The notes beneath the pieces are model-generated. The model was given only the letters and a program-made list of their open reading frames with translations. It was not told where the DNA came from and made no database searches. A stretch of DNA of 64,000 bases. It comes from Vicugna vicugna (Eukaryota). The stretch covers positions 3,722,001-3,786,000 of the forward strand of contig MU058221.1 of assembly GCA_013265495.1 (NCBI GenBank), in the 5' to 3' direction. Both the position numbers and the translations under genes were made by a program. Below are positions 12,090 through 24,988 of this stretch, in pieces (position 1 is the first letter of the stretch; each line of letters begins with the position of its first letter).

Positions 12090-12380
12090 GAAAAGCCAGA
12101 CACGATTGTCTCTAAACCATATAATTCCATTTATATGACATTCTGTAAAAGGCAAAACTATAGAGATAAATAGCAGAATAGTTGTTGACACGTGCTGGCA
12201 GTAAGGGCGTGAAACTGACAACAGAGGAACACAAAGGAACCTTTTAGGATGATAAAAAATCATCCATGTCTCCATGCTGGTTACATAGCTGTACACATTT
12301 GTCAGAATTCATCAAAGTACCTACTTAAATGGGGTGAATTGTCCTCTATGTAAATTATGCCTAAATAAACTTGACAAAAA
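12090..12380 (+). mobile_element. Old L1 (L1MC/L1ME-like) 3' UTR
   Basis: attccatttatatgacattct...aaaaggcaaaactatagag...tgtaaattatgcctaaataaa. Confidence 0.75.
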
Positions 12381-12643
12381 TCCAAAACAATAATGCCAAA
12401 AATGCATTATTTCCTATTGAAAATCTTTTTCTACCGTGACTCCGCTCCACTTTTCCATCTTTAGTCCACCCCTGAGTTCATAGATCAATTACTATAGGAT
12501 TAAGATTGCCCACATTTATGAGACACATTGTCTTAGTTCTTCCCTTTGCTTAGGATAAACTTCAATATGTTTCACCTACTGGAGAAAACTACTTGCTATA
12601 CGGAACCAACTGAAATAACACATTTTCTAGATACCCATATTTA

Positions 12644-12679
<36 letters not shown>

Positions 12680-12785
12680 CATCCATCCATCCATCTATGT
12701 ATCTATGTATCTATCTATTTATCTATCTATCCATCATCCATCCATCCATCCATCCATTTATCATCATCTAATCTGTCTGTCTACC
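12644..12785. repeat. (TCTA)n/(TCCA)n compound tetranucleotide repeat
   Basis: Directly visible. Confidence 0.95.
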
Positions 12786-15700
12786 TACACATTTTGATCT
12801 CCCCACTGCAACATAATCCCATTTATTTCTGTGCCTATTATGGCATTGCTTCTTTAAACCCAGTACTTTCTGTCTCCTTTGCTGAGAACAACACACAACA
12901 CAAACATGGATCAATACGATGCAACGTGCTAGACTCAGTGTTTATAGGCGTATAATGAGTCTTGACACTCCATCTTCCTTAGTCACTGAAAACCTCACTG
13001 TCCTTATCCATTAATTCCCTTAAGGAAAAGCGTTTCCTTCTTTAATAATATAATTCAGTAGATTTTATCTTATGTTTCTACAGGTTGCCATCTCCTCCTC
13101 TGGACCAATTATATCTGTAGATTCATGATGCTAAGCCGCTTCTCCCCACTGACAGAGTTAAACGTTCTAATTAGCAGAGCCATTCAATACCAGCCTTCTC
13201 AAAGGAGCGGTGACTTTGAAGGGTGACATTAGTAAAACATGCCTGTGTCTCCGGCGTAATCCTTAAACGTTCCAAGGAACTTGGGAAATCAAGCTGCCCT
13301 AAATAATACTGTTTCCTAACACAGGAGATCAGATAGCCAGCACAGCTTTTATTCAGGATTCTGTGATAGAAATAATGTTCTGAGTGCAAGCAGAGATAAT
13401 GAACCTTCCTCTAATGAAGAGTTAGTTTCATTTTAGCTAATTGTTGGAAAGTATTTTCTTGAGCCAAAATAGCTTTTGATATATATATATATATGAATGA
13501 GGAAATGAATAATAAATGTGATAATTTTGGAAACCTGTAGGGGAAATGTTCTGCTTTCTTGTGATATTTTTCCTTTCTAGCTTTTCAGTTGTTTTTTTTT
13601 TCTAATGAGGATGGAGTTACTCTAGACATATTGAATAAGATGAATTAGATAAAAATACAGAGATCACAGATATTTAAACTTATTATTCTTCTTGGCCAAA
13701 CCACTGGATTTGATAGGCATTTCAGATGTTTGAAGTCTTGGGATGTTTCAAATCACCAATGTTTCAATTCAAATTTCTACAAAAAACATTTTAAGATGAT
13801 ATCCTCATGTTCATTTGTTTTTGTCTGAATAATAAACTAGTTGCATATAAGCACATGCAATTAGACAAATTGGTTATGTGACCCAACTATTTATTCAGTC
13901 ACAGAGTTGAAATGTCAAATGTGTGAATCATGGACACTGTAATTAATGCTCTGTGGGTACAGAATAAATTTGATGTTAATTGCAAACAATGCTGGGAAAC
14001 ACACTGTTAGGTGATAGAAAATGTTTTAGACATTGTATTCTAACAAATACAATAATGATAGGAAGCAATCATATTCACTGAATTATGCTAACTAACATAT
14101 TACAATCTAGAGGTAAAGCAAAAAAATAAAAAATAAAACAAAAAGGGATTTTTGTTACGCAGCCCACTAAATCAAGAAGTTAGTATTTATTGCTGTGCTC
14201 TGTTTTTTTAACAAACAAAAGTAAGTTGTATAGAAGAAATATTTATATAAATTAAAATGTATTTTGGGTTTGTAGGTAATTATGTTTTGTTTGTTGTAAC
14301 AAATTCTCTATGAATATACATAAGTCTGCGTCTCCCATAATGGTTTAATTATGCAGTCATTAGAAGAAGGAAATTACTAATGAAATAAGCTGTGAAAATA
14401 TAGATCATCTGCAAAACCACTCAAAGTAAGCCATAATATCTTAAAATTATTTTAGACTTTGAGAATTTTAATAAATATTTTTTAGCTTAGCTATTGTTTA
14501 ATTATAGAAAAACATATCAAATATCTGACTGTGAAGCCATTTGGGTATAGTTTGAAATTGAAAATCTGAAATTTTAATATTTAAAGTGTTTTCTAGCATT
14601 GGTGTTTTTCTAACATTAAACTTCCACACTGCCTTGTAAAGAGCTTTTTAATCATAAAATATTTAGCTTTTCAAATTCTGTCTGCCTTATGTTTAATAAT
14701 AGATTATAATATTATTATCAAATGCATATTCTCTCATCCATATTGGGAAAAATAGTTTTCTTAATCATCTGAGTGTGTTTTCCTAAGTGAATACTCTGTG
14801 TGTGTGTGTGTCTTGTTGAATTATATTAAGAAAATGTAGTGTTTCCAGGGAATCTAGCAATTCCAGAAACTACAATCAATCCATTAAATTTAATTCAGCA
14901 GCTACTCTGTGCAGGCCTCAGTTATCAGGACCATGTACAGAGATGTGATTATGACACACAGATTGTCTTTAAGGAGATGGTATTTTAGTGGGAAGGCATA
15001 AAAATATAGCAATGTCTATACTACATATTAGAATCTTTCACAGAATATTTTCATAATATCAGTCTAGGTGAGCCATTAGTCTTTGTCACAAAAATAGAGT
15101 CCAAATGATCTTGGTCATCTCTGAAAATGAAGGAACTAGAACAATGCTGGACACATAGATGACAATCCAAAATACTTGTTGAGGAGAAAGAAAGAATATT
15201 AAATAAATAAAACTTAAGTGAAAGAATTAGGGAGTGATATTTACACTTAGTCAAATTGCAAGATTTTGATAGAAAAGGTAATGAGTGTTGTTTGAATTAT
15301 TTTCTAGGGGAAAGCAAAGTCAATTTAGAATGGTCATGAGAAATGCCCATTATATAAAAATTTCTAGTTTATTTCTTTGAGAATTAAACAACCACTGTTA
15401 CGAGAACTCAAAGTAGAAGATTTTCTGTATAACATACTTAAATTCCACATAAATCTGATTTTCTTTTTTTTTTATAAATTGCATGATAAGATATAGTAAA
15501 ACATAGCGTAAAAAACTCCCAGGTTTTTCAGGCATTATAATATACTGGCTCTGATTTCACAGTCAGGGGATTCAAAATGCCCCTGAGATCCACAGGTCTG
15601 AGTGAGGGCTCGTGGAAGTCAGATAATAAATATTATGTTGGCCTCAGTTCTTCTCTTAGTGGGCCCAGTGTGTTCAGAGACACACTGTTTTTATCCAGTT

Positions 15701-16225
15701 CCTGATGTATGTTTTGGACTACACGCTGAACAAGGGGTAGAGATACCACATTGTTTCCCTGAATTCTTCATGTAAGGGATATTACTTTAGGAAAGTCCAA
15801 GTATTTATCCCCAAAATTTCCTTCCTCACCAGATTATTACATCAAATAATATTCAAGGGTTTCTATTTCTGGTAAAGATGGAGTAAAAGTAATGGGACTT
15901 ACTGTCCCAATTGAAACAACCAAGGGGTGAAACAGTGGTATCCATGACCCATGAGAAGAAAAACCAAAATTGCAACTGACCGAGAACTAAATCAGATGTT
16001 AACATTAGCAGAGGAAGACATTAAAATTTACTAAAACTTCATTCCACATGTGCAAATAACTAAGTATATATGGGGAAACATACAATGTATAAATGAAACA
16101 CTTTGAAATGAAAACTACAGTGTTGAGATGAAAACTCCATTAATAGGCTTAACAGTGTATTAGATATTGTAGAAGAAAACTTTAGTGAACATGAAGACAT
16201 ACTAATAAATATTACCCAAAATGAA

Positions 16226-16260
<35 letters not shown>

Positions 16261-16397
16261 TATGTTTTAAAATGAACAGGGCTTCAGTGAGCTACAAAAT
16301 CACATCATGCAACATGCTCCTGAAGGTGCTAGAGGCAGAAAAGAATATGTCAAGACATAATCACCAAAATTTCCTCAAAGTTAATGAATGCTATTCT

Positions 16398-16592
16398 TTC
16401 TTTCTTGCATATATATTTTTATCGAAGTATATAGTCAGTTTACAATGTTGCATCAATTTCTTGTGTACAGCACAATGCTTCAGTCATACCTGAACATACA
16501 TAGATTTGTTTTCATATTCTTTTTCACCGCAAGTTACTGTAAGATACTGAATATAGTTCGCTGTGCCATACAGTATGAACTTGTTGTTTATC
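16398..16592 (-). mobile_element. L1 3' end insertion
   Basis: gaagtatatagtcagtttacaatgttg...; TSD taatgaatg(c/t)tattct at ~16382-16397 and ~16593-16608. Confidence 0.8.
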
Positions 16593-16608
16593 TAATGAAT
16601 GTTATTCT

Positions 16609-17145
16609 AGGGAGACAAAAAAATCCTTCCTTCTTTACCCTCCTAGGTTCTCTAGGTCATGCCCTGGAAATTAAAATTTTAAAAAAGACAGATGAACCGG
16701 AGAAAAAAGAGCTTACAAACAAGAGCAGTGCACACACATGTGAAGGAAGCTCAGGGGTGAGTGACTCAAAACAGTGGGTAGCCTACAGGCGTATGTAGCA
16801 TCTTAACAAAGAACAACAAATTTGTAGAGAAGTGACAAGACAAAGGAAAAGGTATTTAGGCTTTTGGGGGAAGCAGACTGTTGGAAAGCAGAGAAATAGA
16901 GAAAACTAACAGAAGATAAGGGTCACTTTGGTGAGGTTTGCAGCTCCTTCTCAGGACCAACTTTCTGTCTTCTTTATGCCATAAAACTTCTGTGGGAGAG
17001 AGGACTTATGCTGGTCTTCATTTCTCAGAAGTTTCTGCTTTTAGTCAGATAAGAGAAGCTTTAGGAAGCCTACTTTCTGCGTCTGATTATCAATTGCCTT
17101 GAGTTTAAAATAATTATGCTGAACTGGCATATCATCCTCTACCTT
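16609..17145 (-). mobile_element. ERV1 LTR (MER34/MER39-like)
   Basis: taccctcctaggttctct...aaaagacagatgaac...agaagtttctgcttttagtcagataag motifs; boundaries approximate. Confidence 0.55.
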
Positions 17146-18167
17146 ATAAATCCAAGTATCCAAGAGCCTCAAGAAACTTCAAGCACAAGAAACGTGAATA
17201 AAACTAAAGCAAGGTACATCACAATCAAACTGCTCCAAACAAACGATAAAGAATAAAAACTCTTAAAAGTGGCCAGAATAAAAAGACATATTAGTAGAGA
17301 AACAAAGATGAGAGCAACTAATCGTTACTCATGTGAACAATGCAAGTGGAGGAACAGTGGGAAAATATGTTTAAAGTACTCAGGAGGGAAACCTGTTGAT
17401 TTAGAATTCTGTACATAGTAAAATAGCTTTCAAAAAGGAAGGCAAAATAAAGATTTATTTTGTCGGAAACGTTGAAGGAGTTAATCTGTAATAAACCTCG
17501 CTCTAAGAAATGTTTAAAGACATGGGTCCAGTAGAAGTAGAACCATTCTGGGGGGAAACAGTGAAGAGGACTGGACATGGTGGGGGTAATGGTGTAGGCG
17601 TGTGAATCTATACACATGTGTATTACTTCATTTAAATATACTAAAGGATAACTGACAGATAAATAATTAAAAGTCTAGTGTGGGGGTCATAATATTTTTA
17701 AAAGTGAAATATATGGCAAAATTACCAAATAGGTTGAAGGGGTGAAATGGAAATTCACTTTTGTAAGATTCTTGTACTATCTGAAACGTGGGACAGTGTC
17801 AGTGAGGGGGGACTGAGTTCAGGTAAGTTCGTACACTATAAACACAGTAAAACAACCACTGAAAACCCACAAGAATGAAAAAAATAGTTTATAACTATTA
17901 GTATTAAAAAACAAAATGAGGAAAACATATTTTTAAAGATCTATTAAGACAAAAGAAAGCAGGAAAAAAAAAACAAAACACAGGTAATAATAAATAGGAA
18001 ACAGGAAATAAAAATAAATAAAAAATAGGAAAGAGCAGATGAAAGTATAGAACTTATCATAACCATGAAAAATCAGTCATCCATTAAATGGAAATAATAT
18101 ACAGTTAAAAAGCAGAGATTTTAAGATTCAGTTAAAAAAGGAAGAACTCTGCTGCCTATAAGACATT

Positions 18168-18424
18168 ATTTATTTATTTTTTGATGGCTCATGTATTTTA
18201 TTTTATTTTATTTTTTTAACTTTTTTATTGATTTATAATCATTTTACAATGTTGTGTCAAATTCCAGTGTAAAGCACAATTTTTCACATCTACACGCACA
18301 TATCTATATTCATTGTCACATTTTTTCTCTATGAGCTACCATAAGATCTTGTATTTATTTCTCTGTGCTATACAGTGTAATCTTGTTTATCTGTTCTACA
18401 ATTTTGAAATCCCAGTCTATCCCT
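18168..18424 (-). mobile_element. Young camelid-type L1 3' end
   Basis: Closely similar to the 9461-9716 and 37212-37440 elements. Confidence 0.85.
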
Positions 18425-19746
18425 ACTTTAAGTAAGACAACACAGATGGATTTAGTAGAAGGACTGAAAGTTACACCATGCAAACCCTAGTGGAATGAAA
18501 GTCTGAATGACTATATTAACATTTGATGAAGTATATTCACAGTTAACAGTATCAAAAAGAATAAAGAGATCATTTTATAATGATAAACGGTTGATTATTC
18601 AAGAAAATTTAACAATTATAAATATTTATGCCCTTATAAGAGGGGTTCCAAAAAATGTAAAGCAACAACTTTCATAGAACGTAAAATAAGAATAGACACT
18701 TTTACAATTTCAGTCTGAGATTCCCATACCCATGTCTCAATAATTGACAGAAAAATTAGAGGGAAAATAAGTAAGTGTGTAGAAGATTTGAATAACAATG
18801 TTACAGCTTAATTTTTTTCAGAACACTCCACCAAGTAACTGAATACAGATGATTTTCAATTACGCAAAGGGCATCAAATATAGATAATGTAGTGGGTAGA
18901 AAACTGTTCTCAAAATATTTAAAATATTCCAGAGTCCAGAGACAAGAGAGAGCAGCCTCAGTTTCTGCTCTTCCTCAAACCTGTATTTGTTACTTTTGCC
19001 CCCCAGGTGTGTCTTTGATTCCAGCAACCAACAGACACTTGACTAGAAAAAAGACATTAAAAATATTCAAGTCATAAATACCGTAATTGCAAGTCCGTAA
19101 CAAAAACAAAAGTAGCATACTTCTAAAAACTATGGTCAAAGTAGAAATCAAACAAATAAATCACATTTTGAACTGAGTTGAAAGCAAAAAGGCAGCATCT
19201 CAGAGTGTGTGGGATGCCCTTTAGGCAGCAGTTAAAGGAAAGTTTGCAGCACTAAACATCTGTATACATTAGAAAAGGGGGAAAAAAGGGGAAAAAGGTC
19301 TCAAATCAATGACCACAGCTTCCACCGTAAGGTCCTAGAAAAAGAAGAGTAAATTAAATACAAGGTAAGAGAAAGAAAATAAATTACAAAGATCAGAGCG
19401 GAAATCAATGCACTAAAATACAAAAACAAAACACAGGAAGAGCAAGAAAGCCGCAAGTTCTTTACTTGACCTTTGGAAAGATCAATGAAACTGATACGTG
19501 GCTGCGCTGACTGATCAGAAAAGACAGAAGACGCAAATTAGTATCAGGACAGAGACAGGTGGCATCACCGCAAGGTCTGTGAATATTAAACGTATAATAC
19601 GAGACTATTATGAAGAACTTCATTTATATTAAATTATTCCGTTTAAGAATTGTTAACCACCGCAGCATTTGATTTGTGTAATCAGATATGTTTTAATATA
19701 CCCAAATAACGGAAATCACAAACATGAAAAATAGTTAGTTTTTTAC

Positions 19747-20184
19747 CTTAATGTTTAGAATGCTTACTTTATTTGAAAATGAATATTCGGATATTATCAT
19801 GTTCAAAAGACAGCCTTAATGCCAATACGGACTGAGGTAGAGTGACTAGATATTACACCTACGTTACCCCAGAACCTCTGTTCAGATACGTGCTTAGTGA
19901 TGACAAAAGTGACAGTGATTAGCTCTTTAAATGGACTGACGCTGAAACTGAAGCCATAGAGAAGATTTTATTTCGCCAAATAGTGAAACCAATATCTAAA
20001 GTTGGCACAAACATGAAGTTGCATCAGGAAACAGTCTTGCTCAAACTTTATGGGATTCAGGAGGCTATCATCCATCAATGCAGACAGTTCATGATGAAAG
20101 ACATTATTTCAAAATAGGACAATAGTATCGTATCTCTTCAAACATTTTTGGCAATGGAGTTGCATCAGAATCTATGAGGAATAC
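19747..20184 (-). other. Putative exon 2 of the minus-strand transcript (3' boundary uncertain)
   Basis: Strong acceptor ttttttttctttaattctag| at 20185; candidate donors AAA|gtaagc (exon end 19768) or AAG|gtaaaa (exon end 19747); no long ORF. Confidence 0.4.
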
Positions 20185-20489
20185 CTAGAATTAAAGAAAA
20201 AAAATCAGTGTATATTGATTTACCTGTTTAATCAGTATTATATTATTAAATAAATGGTTTAAATCATATAAATTATCCCATCATGTTTCAATCATTCTTA
20301 GCTAATGTTAATAATCTTTAGTAAAATAATTCTATTTTCTTAGCAAAACATGGGTGTTGGTGGATCGGTTTGCTAAACCAACGCCATCCGTTCAGGGACA
20401 GTGTTAACTCTAGTGACTGGACAATTCGATTCCCTCATAAGCCACGCTTCCTTTTCTTAGTAGGGGCTGAGTAGACACTAACTCTTCCC

Positions 20490-20945
20490 CTCCCAGTCCT
20501 GGCCTGCCCGGCTACTTTCAGAGTTTCCATTCGGCTCCGTGATGCACGGGGCGAGTGAGCGAACCAGCGCGAGCGACCCGCAGAGAAGACCCGTCATAAT
20601 CGGTGCGTGTATGCCCCTTGATCTTCCCAGCACGGACAGACACAGCACGGTGGAACTCCAAATAATTCATCACCATCGGTATTCTGTGTTTCTGGCTGAA
20701 GGCAAGGTTACAAGGCAGGTAACGAGGGCGATCATCGAAGAGCGCTTTCCGTAAACGAAATGAAAAGACGCCTGCTGGGAGACACCCTTGCCAACATGCT
20801 GGGACGGCTCCGAGACGGGGGAGACTCACCGAGGGTCCGTGTGCGTCCACGACAGGTCAGCGTCCTTGGTGGGCAACCAGCGCCAGAGCTAGTTTAGGAG
20901 GACCGTTTCCATGGAGACCATAGATGACTGCGGTTGCCAGCCTTA
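20490..20945 (-). promoter_or_regulatory. CpG-rich promoter and non-coding exon 1 with RFX X-box
   Basis: Most CpG-dense non-repeat stretch in the window; GTTTCCATGGAGAC at 20905-20918 plus GGCAAC and GTTGCC half-sites nearby; TCG|gtgagt donor with exon end at 20830. Confidence 0.7.
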
Positions 20946-23796
20946 ATTTAGACAGCCTTGAAAGCTCCGTGTTAGAACGGAGGTTCCATATAAAGTTAAG
21001 AGTATTGGGGGGGGGGGAATGCAAGTTTTAGGATTTGGAAGTACAAAGAGCTGTTTCATTTCCTGGCAATGTTATGGCCTGAGTGTCTCTCTTCTCTCTG
21101 CCATCTCTGCCCCTCCTGTGCCCAGGACTCCATTCGGTTTGAAATGGTCTCCTTGATGATGGCCAGCTGACCAGACTCTCTGTGTCTTTACCTTTTCCTG
21201 CGCAATGAATAATGGGTTTGGAAGAAAGAGTAATCTGAAACAAGCAGAGAGACAAATACAAGATGCCCTGCTTTAAACTATCTAATGCTTTCTCTGTTTG
21301 ATCAGAGGGACCATGAGAGCTGTTACTGGCTCATGGAATGCCTTGAGTCTTCTACTTCTGTTTTCTGGTATGTTTCTCTTTTTGGGCTATCTCTTTACTT
21401 TTTTTCTTTTCCAGTTTCCTAACTATAAGTCATTCGGTTCCCCATTTTGTCATGCTCTCTTCCAAATGAAAGCTTTTGTAATTGCTTATATATATTTGGC
21501 AATTAATTGTACATGAGGTTTCTTACAAAGTTGGCTTTCTAAATGTAATTATTTGGGGTATATATTTAATTTATTTAATGTTTTCCATATGTACTTTTGT
21601 TCAGAAATACTACAAAATAAACTGCATAGCATTCACTGTGACACATTTGTAATTAGAAGAATGTGCCTCCTTAATAAAGAGGTTAAGAAATCAAAATATG
21701 ATGTGTAAAATATGTGTTGTTTTTCATTTATATCAATAATAAATATATACCATGGGGCTAACTTAGCACTGACCAAGTTATCATAGAAATAGATAATTCT
21801 GGGTTCCTGGAGTTGGAAAAACAAATACAATGCTTGTGTAGAGTCATCATACTGGTTACCACAGACATGTCGGCCGTGTCCATGACAAGCAACCAGCCTG
21901 GCCTGGAGAATTCAGGCTCACGAGATGTTGCTGGTGGCTCTGATGAGATAAATTAGTTTTAATTACTGAATCAAATCCGTCCCCCTACAAGTTCTACTTA
22001 ATGGTCCTGATTAGACTGTCGGGGTGCAGCCGTCACTTGAATAAGTCTGTGAGAACTTGAAATAACTGTAAGCACAGATTCCCACCCCTTTGCCGCCCCA
22101 AGCAATTTTATCTTTTCCTCTCCAGCATACGAATGCCTTATATTTCCAAGTTATCCATCCTAAATAACATGGTTCTGATCAAAACGAGGCTTATGAGAGA
22201 GCGTCATGAACTGCATCAAGGTTCTTTATAGAAGTCCTGTCTACTCAGTGTCCAGTCGATTCTGCTTACGCGCGACATCAGCTTGGCCATCCCTCAAGAG
22301 CTTCGCTGACCGTCTTCACATCACGGTGTGGATGTTGCTAATTTTTTGGTCATCTGAAGTGTTATATATTACAGTATTTAAAGTGGCATTTTTTTCTCTC
22401 TTGCTTATTTTTTCAGTTCTCCCTGCAGGGCATTTTTTCCCTCTTCTTCCGTTTTTATATTATTCTCTGGAAATTTTAGTGTTTCAGATTTTTGTCATTC
22501 GATATATTTTCTGTGTCACCTTGGATCCATATGTATACATAAGCCATAATGATTCCAAACCAGCTGAGAGACTCAGCTATGTTAAACTACTGCCTATTAA
22601 AAAAAAAGGAAATTGGTGGAGGAAATTGACCACAACGTTCTTATTTAAAAAAATTTAAATACATTTATTTTTTTAAAACAGTTTCTTTTCTCCTACAGAT
22701 AATGACTGGCTAAATCACCCCTTAATATCCCCCGCCTCGATATAGATAACAAACATACTGTATTGTACACGTGCAATACAGATTGTTTGCTGTTTGTTTG
22801 CTCATGTACACTGTGTGCCCATATGCCATGTGAATTTAAATCTGTCAAAATCTCCATGTTTAGTAGAAATTATTTTGGCTGCCATTTTGCTATCAGGTTA
22901 TGAACTGCCCACAAATGCAGATTAAAACCATCTTGACACTCTCTATTAGCATACATTGTTTTTTCTTCCAAATCAATCTGCTCGAAAAGGTCTAATGACA
23001 CAAATACCCATAAAACAGAGCACTGAGTTCAAGTGGAGGCTTCACGTGGTCAATTAAGCAGGAAGTGATTATTTTTTTCAAAGCTTTCCAATATCTTTAA
23101 GCTGAAAACGTTTTATTAAAGGGGTTATTTTACTTCTAGTAGCTGAAATATTTCTGGGTTTCACTGGCCTGTTCCGTCCTTAAGGGCTCCTTGGAGAGAA
23201 TCCTGACCTTTATCATCAAAACAGTAAGTGAGCACACGCTTGGCTCCGATGCATTATCAAAAGGCAAATTTAGAAACCAGATTTCTAAATGGGCCTGGGA
23301 TCGGCGAAATGGAAAAGGCCAAGCTTGAGTCCTTGTGGAATTTTCCCATGTATTGAAAAGGATGCAGATCAGCTGGAGTGGGACCAATGTCCTCTCTTAG
23401 GAAACCACGGCGAATTGAGGACGAGGGGATGGAAATAGGATATCGCGGCAGAGTCCACGCACCAGCTGTACCTGTAGGTTATTGTGGTTTAAATCGTCTA
23501 CAGATAGTAACAGGTCAAGGGTGACTGATTCTCTTCCAGACACATCTTAACCACTACTCAGTGGCCAGTCAGTGAGCTAAAAAGCAGCTGATTACAGACG
23601 GTAATGTTTCTGCCACTCCCCTGTGAATACCGAACACTGAGTTACTGAAAAAAAACTTTTATGCCAAAATATCATGAACTCACTAGCGATAACTGTGCAT
23701 TACTTCAAATACACAAATGTAACAGTTCAGAGTCTGAGGAGTTGCTATAGCACAGATTAAGTGTGTTAATTCTTTATTCTTTCCAAGCAATCCAAA

Positions 23797-23797
<1 letters not shown>

Positions 23798-23829
<32 letters not shown>
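23798..23829. repeat. (CA)n microsatellite
   Basis: Directly visible. Confidence 0.95.
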
Positions 23830-23832
<3 letters not shown>

Positions 23833-24498
23833 TCAGAAACATTTCTGTTGTGCCTACCGTTACGGAGAGTGTGGAATTTGAACCAAAAGTAGAGACATAG
23901 TTACCGGCGAGAGATGCTAAATTAAGTAGTTTACAAATAACATTCTATAACGTGGCCAATTTCAGAATATCGATCCTTTGAAATTTTTAAAGTGAGTCAT
24001 CAAGACTTACTATGCATAATATAGCATATTTAGAATGAACTTTAAATAAACAGTCATCATAGATTAAGAAGTAAAAATTTGAGCAAATGATACCTAAATG
24101 GTATCACAGTTAAAATAGGTAGGTACACAGTTAAAATAGCTCAGAATTAATGAGACTTAAGAAAAAATTTCAGATAAGTGTACATAAGTGAAATCAGGGA
24201 CAAATAGTATGATTTTGTTAAGCACGATGTACAATGTTCTCATGATTTGAACATTGATTTGAGTACTTAAACATTCCTCAATAAATAATCAAAAGGTCAA
24301 GGAGCAAAACTTTAAATCAGTTTGATCTTAATACTTTTAAATGTCTATTGGCTGAATTGAGAAAAATCCTAGAATTCCACTTGATACATAGATGTGTGAA
24401 TATATATGTATACACAAAGGACGTTAACAGCAATGAAGGGATGTCACTATTAACTCAAGGAAAGTATAGCATTGAATTTGGACACTGACATATTTTTT

Positions 24499-24988
24499 GT
24501 ATTTATGTTCTTTTTTTTGTTTGTTTTTTAGATTCCACATATGAGCGATCTCATACGGTATTTTTCTTTCTCTTTCTGGCTTACTTCACTTAGAATGACA
24601 TTCTCCAGGAGCATCCATGTTGCTGCAAATGGCGTTATGTTGTCAGTTTTTAAGGTTGAGTAGTATTCCATTGCACAAATATACCAATCTTCTTTATCCA
24701 GTCACCTCTTGATGAACATTTAGGCTGTTTCCATGTCTTGTCTATTGTAAATAGTGCTCCTATGAACATTGGGGTGCAGGTGTCTTTTTGAAGTAGGGTT
24801 CCTTCTGGATATATGCCCAGGAGCGGGATTCCTGGGTCATATGGTAAGTCTATTCCTAATCTTCTGAGGAATCTCCATACTGTTTTCCACAGTGGCTGCA
24901 TCAAACTGCATTCCCATCAGCAGTGTAGGAGGGTCACACTTTTCTCCACAGCCTCTCCAGCATTTGTCATTTGTGGAACTTTGAATGT
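24499..24988 (-). mobile_element. Young L1 fragment (ORF2 C-terminus), truncated at both 5' and 3' ends
   Basis: [34 protein letters not shown]...WKQPKC; 16-bp TSD cactgacatatttttt at 24483-24498 and 24989-25004. Confidence 0.93.

Larger units (their letters stand above)
15860..19620 (+). mobile_element. Old L1M element (5' region, ORF1 and ORF2 endonuclease remnants) with nested insertions
   Basis: A-rich degenerate L1 ORF1/ORF2 text (e.g. gattattcaagaaaatttaacaattataaatatttatgccc); interrupted by (CA)n and younger elements. Confidence 0.8.
1171..20900 (-). pseudogene. Candidate decayed multi-exon (unitary) pseudogene of an unidentified basic/coiled-coil protein
   Basis: AG/GT-bounded exons on the minus strand at 12028-11799, 10238-10142, 9367-9194, 8538-8482 (GC donor), 6618-6533, 3636-3487, 3135-2801 and 1224-1171 join with matching phases (2,2,2,2,1,1,0) if one frameshift is allowed in the second exon. 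Upstream CpG-rich promoter, exon 1 donor at 20829 and exon 2 acceptor at 20185. 17 in-frame stops. No homologue recognised. Confidence 0.55.

Noticed and set aside
22206..22658. 150-aa hydrophobic ORF
   Set aside because: F/L/I richness comes from T-rich DNA; no splice structure or homology.
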